Program-made: the position numbers and the translations under genes
The notes under the pieces: generated by a model
What the model was told of the DNA's origin: nothing
Seen by the model: only the letters and a program-made list of their open reading frames with translations
Databases searched by the model: none
Part shown: positions 39,671 to 53,541 of the stretch, piece by piece
Position numbering within the stretch: the first letter of the stretch is position 1
Layout of the letters: every line of letters starts with the position of its first letter
Source: Epiperipatus broadwayi
Taxonomy: Eukaryota; Animalia; Onychophora
DNA: 64,000 nt
NCBI GenBank assembly: GCA_028023455.1
Contig: JAQFVV010000007.1
Span: 15,810,001-15,874,000, forward strand
Direction of reading: 5' to 3'

Positions 39671-40180
39671 AATAAATAATTATACTTTTTGAAAATCATT
39701 ATTTTTAGAAAAATAAGTTGATTAGTGTCAGTAGAACTTTAGAACATTATGATAGATATGAATTCTATATGAGCATAAATAAATATATAACTACAAACTA
39801 ACGCACACTAATTTATATAATTTATTTACATATAGTCCATTTATTAGCTATAGACTTAAAAATAATGTTATGAAACATATAGCAAAACCAGAGTGATTCC
39901 AAAGCATGAACAAGAGTAAACAAAAACATAAACAAAAATCAGAATTTGATTATATGCTTGCGTATGCGATCTTTGTATACATTTGATTATTAGTTTTATA
40001 ACTCATTACTTGTAAACACAAACATATCATATAAACATAATTATAAATAATAAATTATACTTTTTGAAAATCATTATTTTTATTAAAATATGTGGATTAG
40101 TGTAGGTAGAACTTTAGAAAATTATGATAGATATGAATTCTATATGAGCATATATACCTACAAACTAACTCACACTAATT
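39671..40180. repeat. Direct repeat of ~135 bp (39671-39812 and 40048-40180)
   Basis: AATTATACTTTTTGAAAATCATTATTTTTA..GATTAGTGT..GTAGAACTTTAGAA.ATTATGATAGATATGAATTCTATATGAGCATA. Confidence 0.9.
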
Positions 40181-40847
40181 ACAAACTAAAATTAATAAAA
40201 AAGATAATTTTGTCAAAAAAATTTAAAAAAAAATTTAAATATTAAAAAAATTAAAATTTTATAACTTATGAGTCATTACATTGAAGCTTTAGTGTAGGCC
40301 TTGTTTGTGAATAACACACGGCAAATGTTAACTTGCATTTGTTAAACCATTTTTTTTCTTTTATCGCTTAGTGGTAATTATTAAAAGTTATCAAAAAAGA
40401 AAAAAAAATTAAATACTGTGGTCGATTAAAACTATTGCCAAAAATCCAAATTTCAACTGATTTTTTTGAGGTAAACATTTTCTGAAAGCTACGTCATTGA
40501 GCTATCAAACACCCATATTTTTGTTGATGTCATGCTTATACTTTTAATGTCAATAAAGAAAAACATGTCATCCAACAAGTGCTCAAAAAAATGCCTACAT
40601 ATACATCTCATCCTACTCATGGAGCAACTAGGTTTATATATGCTACCATAGCAACAATTCACAAATTAAACTCAGAAATATTTTGGAAAACTGATAATAA
40701 GTTAGATGGACTACTTTATCAATAAAAGTCTTAATTATTAACTGGGTATGCTTTTTTTTAGCATTTTTCTTCCCAAAAATTGAGATTATTTTTTTAAAAC
40801 TTCCTATATATTAAATAAATGAAATTTGTACTTATAAAAGATACACT

Positions 40848-41470
40848 TGAGTTTTCAACTAAACCAAGATGGCAGCCCATATTTTTGATAAATCTACAAT
40901 TTCAAGGGTGCCAAAAAATGTTTACAAATAATGCCTGCTAGGAAACATATTTCATATTTACATTCTATTTTTTATTATTGTTATTTTGAAAAAAGAAATC
41001 ATTATGGCAAATTAATTATAATATTTATAATTTTTTTGGGGGGGATTAACTTATTATAAACAGAAAAATGGGGGGGAGAGGATAATATGTCCATGCAATC
41101 ATATTGTGACATTAACACACAATTTTTGGGAGGCTAGGATCCCATATCTTTGGAAATAGTTCACTGAATCATGTTCTGTGATAGGAGGGACCCAAATTTT
41201 TATCATTATGACAATACATCAAAAAAACATGCTGACAAAAAGATAATATCCTGATTGAACTAAAGTACCACAACGTTAAGAGCATCTCATCACTTTCCAT
41301 GTTATAATACAAGTAAAAAAAATTTGAAATAAAACTTAATGAAATTCATCAGATTCATTAATTTTGTTTTAATTTAACAACTAACATATTTTATGTATAT
41401 TTTAGGCTTTTGAAACTCTACATTTATCAAAGATATGGGGTGCCACCTTTGTTTACTTGAAAACTCACAA
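40848..41470. mobile_element. MITE-like element with ~60-bp imperfect TIRs
   Basis: GAGTTTTCAACTAAACCAAGATGGCAGCCCATATTTTTGATAAAT (40851) is inverse to ATTTATCAAAGATATGGGGTGCCACCTTTGTTTACTTGAAAACTC (ends ~41466). Confidence 0.7.
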
Positions 41471-41947
41471 GTATTTTATAAAATAAATAATATTTTTATA
41501 TAGGATAAAAAAATATTGTAATATTTCAAAATATCGAGGAGTGGTGGGGGAGATCTGTAGAATATTTGGTTTACTGAAGTATAAATAGATTTATCTTGAA
41601 ATTCTAATATTTTGAAATATTTGTATTTATGAAATAAATAATTGATACATATGGAATAAAAATATACTAATCAAACTATAAGATATTTTATTGTTACAAA
41701 AGGGGACAAAATAAAGATCGGTAAAATATTTGATGAAAGTCATCAATCGATGAAATCAAATAAAAGGACAATAAAAATATTTATTACTTCTTTATTATTT
41801 TCTACAATAACAAAGTAATGTTGAATGTAAAAGCTTTTTCAAAAAAAAATAAACCTTTATAGGCCAACTTGTCTCTTCTGAATTTGAGAAGTTTTTTTTT
41901 TGTCTTAGTTTCTCACATGCTAATTAGAAAATATTTAAAAAAATCAA

Positions 41948-42112
41948 GATGTGATGTGATGTGATGCACTGTGACTCCTCCTTAAATGGAATCAGGAATC
42001 TCTTAGCAACTGTGCCCAGAGAAACCTGTTAGCCACTTTACCTTCCTCACCCTAAGTTTTCCCATATTCTGACTCATGCCATTTCCACAACATAATCTTT
42101 GTCAACTCTATG
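41948..42112 (-). mobile_element. LINE 3' end with (CATCA)n tail, same family as 48560-49330
   Basis: Reverse complement aligns with ~49150-49330. Confidence 0.8.
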
Positions 42113-43059
42113 GCATTTATATCTTTCTGACTGCAACTGCCACCTACAGAAAATTACTGAAACAATAAAATAATGTAAACATATTGATGAATAAATTTCT
42201 CAAAGACTGAAATTAAATATTAGAAAAAAAATGTTAAGGTTTTCATGGTTGCAAACTATGAAAGGCAGACAATTTAACTGCCCCACTATGAAATACTTTG
42301 GATGTGTTTAAGATGAGGTTAAATGATTTGTCTTATTTTGTTTTGATGAAACCAGAATGAGATTGTCTTTTTGAAAGAAGTTTGTATGTGATGATCGTTT
42401 ATTGTGTTAGTTTGAAACAGAATGGGAATAGGTTCGAGATGGTAAGATTTTTTTATTCATACACATATATATATAAATGTATTCATTTTAACATATAGCA
42501 GTATGTGAAAATATAGAAGTTTTTGACTATTGGACATCTTATGTTGCAAATATCTCACTGATGTAAAAGGATAACTGGCTATGGAATTGTGACATTTTAA
42601 GACTATATCTCTTCTGAAAGATTTGACTTGCTTACCACTTCAATCTGGTGCATCTTAGTGTGTTGATTATAGTCCCGTTTTCCACTTATTACACATTTAA
42701 CCAGACATGGATAAGATAAATGTTCCCACTGACTAATATATATATTTCTGTTGAGAAGTTTTATTTTTTTTTTGTAACAAAAGGTTATATTACTATGTAT
42801 AGAAAACTAATACTGGAATTGACTCTGCGATTTTCAGTATGCCAATACATAAATAAAAAGAAATTATACCCAACTTAAGACATGATTGCTATCTTGAGTA
42901 GCATTTACTGTAAATAATACTGAAGATGGTGATCATGCTAAAAGCTAGCTTTAGTTTTTTTCATTGGTATACTAAAAGTTATAGAGATAATTCCAGTATA
43001 TTATTTTATCTGATATTTATATATATATGGACAAACACAACCATCAACCACATTGGCAG

Positions 43060-43590
43060 AATTCAAGGTCTTAATGTTCGATTTGGAATCTATATAATGC
43101 TATGTGTGGAGCATACTAATGTATCGTTATGAAATGTGAATAAGTAATAATAATTATGAATAAATTGGAAGCCTTTGAGATGTGGACATGGAGAAAAATG
43201 GAAAAAATCAGTTGGTTGTATAAAATAACAAATGAAGAAGTTTTGAAAAATGTAAATGAAAAAAAAAAAAGATTGATTGAGGAAATCAGCGAGAAAAAAA
43301 AAACAGGGATTAAAATAGCTAAAGTTGAATATAAAGAGTTGGGAGAAAAAGTATATGAAAATAGTAAAAGCATGCAAAGATTACTTGTTTAATGAAAGAT
43401 GTTGTGGAGGGAATGGTGAGTGGAAGTAAGAAGAAAGGATGGAAAAGATTGACATTGTTCTATGATATAAGGGATGGGAAGAGTTACATGGAATTGAAGA
43501 GCTGGGCAATGAAAAGAAGCGAATGGGAAAATCTATGAATTGAAGATGTGACTACTCTCTGGACCTGTCCATTTGATAGATACTGTTGAT
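43060..43590 (+). mobile_element. RTE-clade LINE 3' fragment, second family
   Basis: CYVWSILMYRYEM, NKLEAFEMWTWRKMEKISW...TNEEVL. Confidence 0.85.
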
Positions 43591-44542
43591 GACAATTTTT
43601 TTTATATCATATTGTTAACAATGAAGCTATCTTTAAAAAATAATAATAAGTTAAATATTAATGATACTACGGGATTTATTTTATTTAAATTTGTTTGACA
43701 ATTAAAAACATATTTTAAGAAGAAGCTAAAAAATAACTATAATAAATGTTCGATTAAAGAAATTTATTTCCGTTATTGTTATAGGGAAGCTATTGGAATT
43801 AGATTTATATATGACCCCCTCCTTCATCATTCAGATGAAAAGTCCAAAATTATTCATAGCTTAGAGAATTTCGAAGCAAAGCTTAGAGTAGCTTTTTAAA
43901 GCTAATATAGCTAGCCATTTCATTGGTAAATGTATATTTAGCTATTTTTAAATGTAGAATAAAAGACCTGCATTAAATTAGTAAGTGTGAATCGGTCTAA
44001 TTGGTATGAAAGATATTGTTCTCTTACAAGTGGCCATTGTTAATCTTTTTAATAGTTATTTGTCATAGCATGTAATCTAGTCATCTTAGCATAATTACTT
44101 AGATGTTTCCATTTTTCTACAAATGTACAAGAATATCAGAAAAGTAACAGTGCTTAAAATATGATTTTGTATTGCTTTGGTTACATATTTAAAACAACTA
44201 GTTGCATAAAAAAAAAATTCTCTTTTTACATATTAAATTCCTTTATTATTAAACCAATGCTCATGCAATCATTTCTTGATAGTTAACAGTTTTGATTGCC
44301 CATGCAATCTTCCTCAGAACTACAAAAAAAAAAAATGTAATTTTGTTTTATTTTTATATAGGATAAATATTTGTCAAAATAAAATACATTTATATTATTT
44401 TTTAGAGAGCAGACATATTTCAGTGTCACATTGTAAAATATAAAAACCTTAAATATTTTTTATTTTGTAAAACAATAAGTTTTATGTAATTAACCTATTC
44501 ATTCTATTCATTCAGTATACTGAATGTTCACTGTGGTAAATA

Positions 44543-44750
44543 GCGATTTGAACTTAGGAATTTCAGTCTATAGTTATCCTCCACTCTATCTCAAACAACG
44601 GATGCACATGACTACACATGTGAAAAAGATAAATGATTTCCAATATATATATTTCCAACAGATGAGTGCTGGTTCAGCAAGAAATATGCATATTGGGAAT
44701 CATTTATCTTTTTCAAATGTGTGTGGTCATATGTATTGGTTGTTTGAAAT
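44543..44750. mobile_element. Family A fold-back with + strand HHR motif at 44655-44696 (U4A)
   Basis: Arms ~44592-44654 and ~44680-44746; CCAA CAGAUGA GUGCUG GUU CAGCAA GAAA UAUGCAUA UUGG. Confidence 0.85.
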
Positions 44751-45684
44751 GGAGCAGGCACTTTATTTTAATGGTATGCTGATAATTTAAGTTTTTATAA
44801 TTTGTTCCATGAAATATAAAAGGTAAACTATAAGGGTGTAGAACCCTTATGAATATGATAGTTTTTACTGTAACATTTTATAATGGTCATTGCTTTATTG
44901 TAATCATTAATCAGATGCTTTTAATAATAATCTGTCTTGGTTTGAAACAGTGGTAGAGTGGCAGACTAATGTTTATGGTGTTTGAACTTGGTATGAATTT
45001 TCAAGCAGTAATTCATTTATTTATTATTATTGTCATGAATGTTTAGCTAAGTGTTTAGTGCATTAAAAATACGATTTAGGGTGTATGTATTTAAACTTTT
45101 ACATGCAAAGGTGCTTTTCTTAAAAATATGATTCAATACAAACTTTTAGGTTAGTTTAGATTGTATTTAGGACCAATGTGTTATATCTTTTATGATAACA
45201 ATGAAATGTCACAGCATGAATAGCTATTTACTTGAGTTGGGGGGGGGGGTGAAATTGGTATTCAAATGGAGAAGACACCCATCCTCTCTTCAGTAACCAA
45301 AAAAAAAATACTAACAGCATAAAACTAGATGTAAGTTTTATAATATTGCTTCAGTTGCAAATTTATGATTTTAATGAACATTAATAATTTTATAACTATA
45401 TTAAATCAACTTTGTCCTGTATAGTAAAGCACAGAGGTAGAATGTCAAACTCCAGAGCTTAAGGTTTATGAATCAGTTTTTTAAATAAATGCAATTATAT
45501 TACTAACCATCCTGGATGCTTGAATATCACATGACCTTCCTAGCCATACTAGTTTTTTTTTTTGTACAGCAATTATTTTTTTAATTAATACTCAATCACA
45601 GTATTTTTTGCATTACTACAATCACATGATCACTACTATATGCAGAGTTTTGCTTTGTTTTGAATTGTTTAATACTACCATCAT

Positions 45685-45850
45685 TTGGTTTGATGCAGTG
45701 ACTGACTGGTAAACCCTGGAGTTCAAGCTCCTTGGATCATGACCCCATTGACATTTTGGCACTTGAACTTATGAACTTCCAAAAATAAATTTCTTTGTAT
45801 ATTTTGCCTGTTTTGTGGTTTACTGCATTAATAGAGTAGTAGTCTCTGAA
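45685..45850 (+). mobile_element. Family B SINE-like copy
   Basis: CTGGAGTTCAAGCTCCTTGGATCATGA...CTTGAACTTATGAAC. Confidence 0.5.
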
Positions 45851-47728
45851 GTTTAGGTAAAATTAGAAAGGGAATTTTTGTATTTGGAATACTAAAATTT
45901 GAATACAAAAGCACCAGATTTTACATAATGCAATTATTATTATTATTTTTTACAATTTTGTTAAAACCTTTGAAAATGTTTAAAATCTTATTCTTAAAAA
46001 TAATCAAAAATGTTATACTACTTTAAATATAAAAATAAGTTCAAAACTACTTTTGTAAACTATAAAACTTTTTAGATTACCTATAAACTTTTTTTAAGGT
46101 AAGCAGCTGCAATCAGTCCATTCAATTATCCATTAGTGGTCAGTAAATGGGTATCCAGCTACGATTAACTCGAACAATCTTACGATTTTTTTATTTTCAG
46201 GAGAGCAGCTATAACCAATTCAAGTAGTTATCCAGTAGAAGTTAGTAGATGGGTATTTATCTATGATTAACTAGGGTGATAAAGGCTCTAGTCTAATTTG
46301 AGTTGATCATATAAATGTCGGTGCCTTAACTATGATAAAACTTACAGCTGACTGTGAAGATAAGCTGATGCTATTATTACATTTACTCTATTAAATATAG
46401 ATTTGAATATATGGATATTTGCGAGACTGTGGTGGCAAAGCAAAAGATTGTCACACGTGACCATTGTGCAGCAATCCTTAGCGTATTACCCCCTTCCCCC
46501 ACATTCTTTAGTAGTAGAGTTATATTCTAAACATAAATATTATATAATAATTTACTAACTATTATTAAACATTTCATATTTATCTTTATTGATATACAAT
46601 AAACCTATTCACCCATCCTGGTTCATTATTAGGTTGGATCTATAAACATTTTTTTTATATATACAGAGAGAGAAAGCGTCTTTTTTCTTTTATCCAGTAC
46701 AATTCTAGGGAAAACAAAGTATAAAAGATAAATCACAGTTGATATTCGAGTCGATTGAGAAAGTATTTTGAGGATGAGTTTTATTTTAAGTCCACTTGGT
46801 TATATCATCTATTGAATGATCAAGGAGGGAGGGGGTATTATTCATCTCTTTGAAGTCAGTTTTGTATGTGTTACACTTCCCAAACAAATGCTGGAATTAC
46901 TGATTTCCTAATACACTTTATAAAAAGTCTAGAGTCTAAACTTGTAGACTGAACACAAAAGAAGGAAAGAAAAAAGCAAAATAATGCTAATTGTTGAAGC
47001 TGGCAGATCATAATAGCCGCACTGAGCAATTTTAAAACGGCCTTCTTTTTTTTTTTTTTTAAATAAAAGATAGGAGGGGGTTTAACTATTTTTATGCTAA
47101 TATATCAGAAAAGCTAGGATAAATTTGGAGGGTGGAAAAAATGAAATAAAGATGAGAAAGGGTGTGTGTGTAGTGGATAAAAGTTCTCAGAATGTTTTGA
47201 AAGTTAAGACACAAAGAACTTAAGAAGTTGACTTTTCTATAATAAAAAAGAAAAATCACTATTTTATTTTATAGAAGAAAATATTTTAAAACATGTTTAT
47301 TATATCTATTTTTGACTAAAAAATCAAAAATTGTATATATTTTTTATTTATTTAAATGGAAGCTTTGGGATATTTTTAGCATACTAATGTGGCTACTTCA
47401 TTTTTTATTTTATTTCGCATAAGCAGGAAGAGTAGTGTTTTTGGAGGGTTAGGATTGGAGGGGGTGGAAGTGAGTCACACCTTAGATTAGTTTAGTACTA
47501 AGCAGAGAAGAATAAAGATAGGTGGGGGGGGGGACTTTGTTAATATGCTAATATTTGACATGCTTACATTTGCCTTAAATTAAAACTGATATGCTTGAGG
47601 GATAATTTGGTTGGGCCTAATAACACTTTAATTCACCATTTGTAGAGGGGGAAAATCTGAAAGAATTGAGTGTAGAGAAGATAGAAAAAAAGAAAACTAA
47701 GGGTTTGCAGATAGATTTAGTAATTAGT

Positions 47729-48040
47729 ACTTACTTTAAAAAATGAAGGAGTGAAGGGGGAAAAAATATTCTGATGAAAATTTATAGATACAATTTAAGG
47801 GATTTTCGTTCGTTTACGTTGTGTGTGTATTGATGTCTTGAGGCAGTATAAAATCGATGTCGTTTTGAACCGTAGTCTACACTAGACTTTTTAAAAAAGG
47901 ATATCATAGATAGTTAGGAAAATGAACAAATAGGAAATCGATCGGATTATACTCCAAAGTAAAACACAAATGACCAGGTCGAAATTGTCTTATTTCAGTT
48001 GTATTAGATTATTTTTTGGAATGACGAAAGACTTTGAGCT
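47729..48040 (-). promoter_or_regulatory. Candidate promoter / first non-coding exon of a minus-strand gene
   Basis: Local CpG enrichment ~47800-48100, minus-strand GTAAGT donor at 47734-47729, pyrimidine-rich minus strand downstream (~46400-47700). Confidence 0.4.
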
Positions 48041-48041
48041 C

Positions 48042-48505
48042 CAGAGCCTTCCGCTTTACATTAATCTGCGCAGGGCAACCTTTCAGCCTAAATTTAGATA
48101 GATATTTTAATATTTTAAACAGCATTAAACTGTTGCACATGCGCTTTGGATTTTAACTATAAAATGAATGAATACAAACACTTCAAACACATGATAAAGT
48201 CTTTGGAAAAGATAGATATTTTAAATAGATTTAGATAGATATTCAGGTACTAAATAAAAAGTAAGCAAATAATCAGAGCCTTCCGCTTTACATTAATCTG
48301 CGCAGGACAACCTTTCAGCCTAAATTTAGATAGATATTTTAATATTTTAAACAGCATTAAACTGTTGCACATGCGCTTTGGATTTTAACTATAAAATGAA
48401 TGAATACAAACACTTCAAACACATGATAAAGTCTTTGGAAAAGATAGATATTTTAAATAGATTTAGATAGATATTCAGGTACTAAATAAAAAGTAAGCAA
48501 ATAAT
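48042..48505. repeat. Near-identical tandem duplication, 232 bp x2
   Basis: Units start at 48042 and 48274; only one difference seen (CAGGGCAACC vs CAGGACAACC). Confidence 0.95.
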
Positions 48506-48559
48506 TACTTTCTCTTGGGTCATGTTAACTATCCAGCATCTAAATTTGTTTTTGGAAAT

Positions 48560-49330
48560 TTAGCGCTCAACTACCTGAAAAAATCATGAAGCTACAAGAG
48601 ATTAGACATAGTATCTGACAGCACTAATCAATACATCATATTCTTCAAAAAGTGTAAATAAAAGTGATGATCAGTAAGGAGATGGATAGATTCCATGAAT
48701 ATATCATTGGGAAATCTAAAAACAAACAAAGGATAGGCTACTCAGTCTCAAGTTTAATTTCAGAAATTCAATATTGACAGCATCTAATAATAATCTTAGG
48801 TAAGCCATTTTATTGTTAGTTAGTCTAACTCACACAGATCATAATGTAAATCACAATGCTACATGGCACACTAGTTTGTCAATGTGGTCTCATATTGAAC
48901 AGGATCTTTAGCAACAAGGAATATACACATAAATGGAAAAATGTGTGTGATTTAGTCTGCAAGTTGTGTAAGAAAGGCATAGAAAATATTAGGCATCTGT
49001 TAATTGAATGTAAATGCTTGCAAGTAGAAAGTGCACAAATAATGAACTTGTGGGAATATAAATATAAACAAAGTGATTATATAGAAGGTGAGTTATTGGT
49101 TTTTATGCTGGGTTTTGGAAAAGATAAGGGGGATTTAAATATAAAAGCCATGAAGTTGACAAAGATTATGTTGTAATAATGGGATGGAGAAGGATAGAGA
49201 AGAATATGGTAAACATTTAGGGTGGGGAATGGAAAGGAAAGGCAAAGTTGCTAACAGGTTTCCCTGGGCATGGTGGGTGAGAAATTCCTGACTCCGAATA
49301 AGAAGCCACAGTGCATCTCATCTCATCATA
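48560..49330 (+). mobile_element. LINE 3' fragment with C-terminal CCHC zinc finger (zf-RVT type)
   Basis: CKLCKKGIENIRHLLIECKCL; 3' end shared with 41948-42112. Confidence 0.8.
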
Positions 49331-50047
49331 ATAATTATTACTGTATACTCATTTGATGATGATAATTACATCAAATATTTAAGCATTCAAAATAATGAAT
49401 TTGATGCATGTAATTAATTATTAAGGTTTTTATTTTTTAGTGTTAACATATGATAACTTACTTGTAAGAATTAGGACTGAAGTTATTTGTAAAACAACTA
49501 TCAGCATACTTTTTATACAGTAGGACCATAAACTATGCTATCATTTATTCCAACTATTCTCTCATGCAATGAAAATTGTATATAATAGCTCACTTTTTGT
49601 TGATAAACAATGATTAGAGTAGAATGCATATTATTTACTACTCTTAAGTATACAATATGGTACATTTCAACATGCATATATATAAGATGCTTTATGTGTA
49701 TATAAATCAAAAATACATGTATTATATAGACAAGATTGTTAAATATATATATATAATAATGTAGTTATTAATAGTAAATTGAAAATGCTCATGTACTTAT
49801 ATATTTATAGAACATCTCCCTCTTTATAAGTTCTTTAATAGAAGATTCATATTTTTGATGCATATGACCCACTTTTGAATATGCCTTCCTTCATTTACTA
49901 AATCAATAATATTTCCTTTAATGAAAGTACTTTGAGATGTTTTTGGAATTCTTACTCATGATTCTAAAAAATACAGTACCTTATTAACGATATATAGAAT
50001 AAAACTTTTTAAAGAAAAAAAGTGTTTGGAAAAAAAAGTATTTGTAT

Positions 50048-50175
50048 TTTTAACTATGGTACAGAACTGAATGGGTATAGTATTTAAATCACAAAGAAAA
50101 TGTGATTATAGTACATAAATTCATATTTGAGAACGTGATATTTGGTGAGAAAAAAAAATGCATGCTACCATACCG
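50048..50175. repeat. Family E dispersed repeat, second copy
   Basis: Aligns with 9291-9420. Confidence 0.75.
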
Positions 50176-53100
50176 AAATAATAAAATTTAACGAGTTTGT
50201 AAATTTCACTAATAAATTTGCTTACATTTTTTTGTTGTTGTTTATTTACATTTATTTTTAGTTAGCATTACAATTGAAGTTAATGTAGTTCGATATTGCC
50301 AGTTCGTGTTTCCACTGTATTTGTAAACAGCTTCAGTTTTGGCCAAATGACAAGATTCTTAAAACACTAATTTCCAGATTAATTAGTTTAGTTACACATT
50401 TATCAAATCCTTAATCTTGCGATATTTCTATAATCCTGTGTAGTATTCTTGATATTTTTTAAACACTGATGTTTGTTTATTTTTTTTAGTTAATTATTAA
50501 TTTTCATAAATATGGCTAATTGTATAAATAGTTAAAAATCAACCATTTAAACAGGTGAAGTAAGTCCATTGGAGACTTGAACTAGATTTGTGCATAAGCA
50601 AAGAAACAGATGTTATATGGCTTCTAGGAAAAGTCAAGGAAAATTAGTTATGCAGAATCAGAATTGGACATAATCATTCTTTGTAACACCATTTATAAAC
50701 CATGTGGTAACAAATTTTTTATTGCCATTGTTATTGAAAGAATGACTTGTTAAGGAGCACTCTTTTGGGACTCATTGCTTAATTACTACTTCATGATTGC
50801 TGCTAAATTATCTCAGTTATAAACCAAGCTAAGTACATTTGAAAATTAACAGGAAAAAAATTTGGTTAACTAATTTTATTGGACTGTTTTTCTAAAGGTT
50901 TGTGATAGTGGTCTTTTAGTTGTGTTTATATGTTGGATTATTTCCATAATCTAATATGAGGATTGAATGTCTTTAGAAAAATTTAATTTTATTTAAATAG
51001 CATGCTATGAAGTGGCTAAATACGCTAATCAAAGTACATCACTTCAATTATAAGTTATTTGTAAATAAAAAAGTAAAAAAACCTTAATTCATAAATTGAT
51101 CAATTTTATGATACAGTAATATTTTTCTATCTTGGAGTGATGTATAATTTTTTTTTTTGGCTTATATTTGAAATTTACATTTTATTTATTTGTCTCTGAA
51201 TTTGATGTGTACAATATTTTGCATAACAAAATGTTTTGTAAACAAAACTAATGGAAGAAGAAAGTTTTATAAATCATTCAGAAAGCTTAAGTTTGAATAT
51301 TTTAAACCAAACTAGAAAATAAGTAATGTTAAATAGTGGTGACTATATATTATGAAGTCAGTAGCAACTTAAAAACATCAAAACTAGGAGAAAGGCTGTA
51401 GTCTATTGGGAACAAAACTGTTATTTTGTTTTTGTATAGAAACAAAAAAACATTATTGAAGATAAAAGATATTGGTCAGAATATTTTTAGTTGTGATGAA
51501 AATCTGATATTTCAAATATTCATTCTATTTAAAAAATTAATATAATATAATAAATTGGTTATTAATTTTATTTTTGAGTGAATGTACTTGAGTGAGCACA
51601 CACATATAATAAATGCATTAAATATGTTCTTTTAGTCTATCACTAATATATATATTATTTTGTTTATACTATGATCTTAATTTATATATGCATATTATAC
51701 ACATAGTAAAGCATCTGTTTGCATATATAACAATATTAAAACATGGAGTTTAATAAACTATGTATTCTATTGTGATCAAAGCCTAGTAACAAAACATGAA
51801 ATTTATATACAATGCAGGATGTGTGTGAGGGGTGTAGACCAAACTATAGCAGACAACTTTGCCCCACTATATTTCAATTAATCAAGTTTAATATAATGTA
51901 CCCCCCCCACCATTTGTTTAAACTTTTTTAATTAAAAAGACATTAATTATGATTTTAAATTATGTTCAAGATTAAGAATAAAGTAGATTATCAAAATTAA
52001 GTTTAATTAGTTTTGATTAATGTATTATGAAGAAAAAAAAAACTCAATATCTTCAAAAGCAATGTAGTAAAACTTGTGAATTACAGAAGAACAGATTGGT
52101 AAGTAAGTAGACAGGTGTGGGTTTATATATATGTATGGACTAGAGAAACATCTTTTTCCCAAAAAAGCAATATTTGATATATCTTGCTAATTGAGCCAAA
52201 GTTTCATCAAAGCAGAGTTAGAGAAATAATTTGCATTCTGTTTACTGGGAGACTGAGATAACATTAGAAATATGAGAATTTCTGGTTCTAATACCTACCA
52301 TGAACATGAATACTGTATTCACATGAAGTCTATTTTTAAACTGTAATTTCTAGTTGGGAGAAAAAGAGTTGAAATCCAAACATGCGATAAAGTGAATCAT
52401 AATATAAATACTGTTGTTCTTTTATGATAATGTATACATTGAGCTATAGGCCCATTAATTAAAGAGAAATCTATTGAGCTGCATTGATTTGATGCAAAGA
52501 AAAATTAAATCTATAGGATTCATTTTCTGATGACATTTTCTACCACTGATAAAAACATATCTAAAGACTCTGAGAGTATAAGGTATTACAAAGTTACTAA
52601 TTCATAGAACAATTCAAGCCTAAGGTGATTCATAATCTAGATTGCAAAAGAATCATTTATATGAATTTAGAAACAACACCCATCTTTTGTTATACCAATG
52701 ACAATCTCATTTGTCAGCTAAAAGATAATCACTTGTTTTAACCTTAAGTTGTTAATAAGAAGTTTCAGCCTTTTTGAACAATACAGGACTTATTACCATA
52801 CAATGAAAGTGCTAGCTACAGTAAGGAAATAAATTGAATTGTCGAAGCAGTGTTAGAATAAGTGTGGAAATAATATTATCACAAAACATCAGAACATTAT
52901 CCTACAATAAACTAAAAGTCAAATGAGTGACCATTTTTCTCTGGTGAAAAAAATTGGCATTGTTATAACAGAAGGAAGGTGGGCATTATTTACAAGTTCA
53001 TATAAATAATTCTTTAAGAATCTAGCTTGTCATTTATTCTAGAAATGTATTCTGACTTGTTTAGACTGTGAATAAGGTTTAGAGTTTACATATTTGATAA

Positions 53101-53541
53101 ACTGTAAAAAAAATTATATGCTTATTTAAATCATTATATATAATATTCTTTATATATAATATTTGGCAAGTGAATAAGTTTGAGAATAATTTCTTTATTC
53201 TTTTTTTTTAAAATTTGTTTTGAATTCTGTAAGTTTCATTTTTTTCTCCCCATTGAATTACTGGCTAAAATAGCATGATAAAGTTAGCCTGAATAGGTGA
53301 TGTATTTGGTTTTACTTAATGTGCTCAAATTATGTATGCATCTTTGAAATACTATTTTGTTTTGCATATACTTAGTATTTATAATTTGTAAATTTTTACT
53401 TTATTTAAAAAAAAAAAAGTCATGTGCTTAAGATTTTTTATTAGATTTATAACTCAATTTATAATATATGTGCCTATAGACATATTGGAGTTAGACGAAG
53501 ATTCACATTTGCCTATATATAATATTTAAATATATATATAT

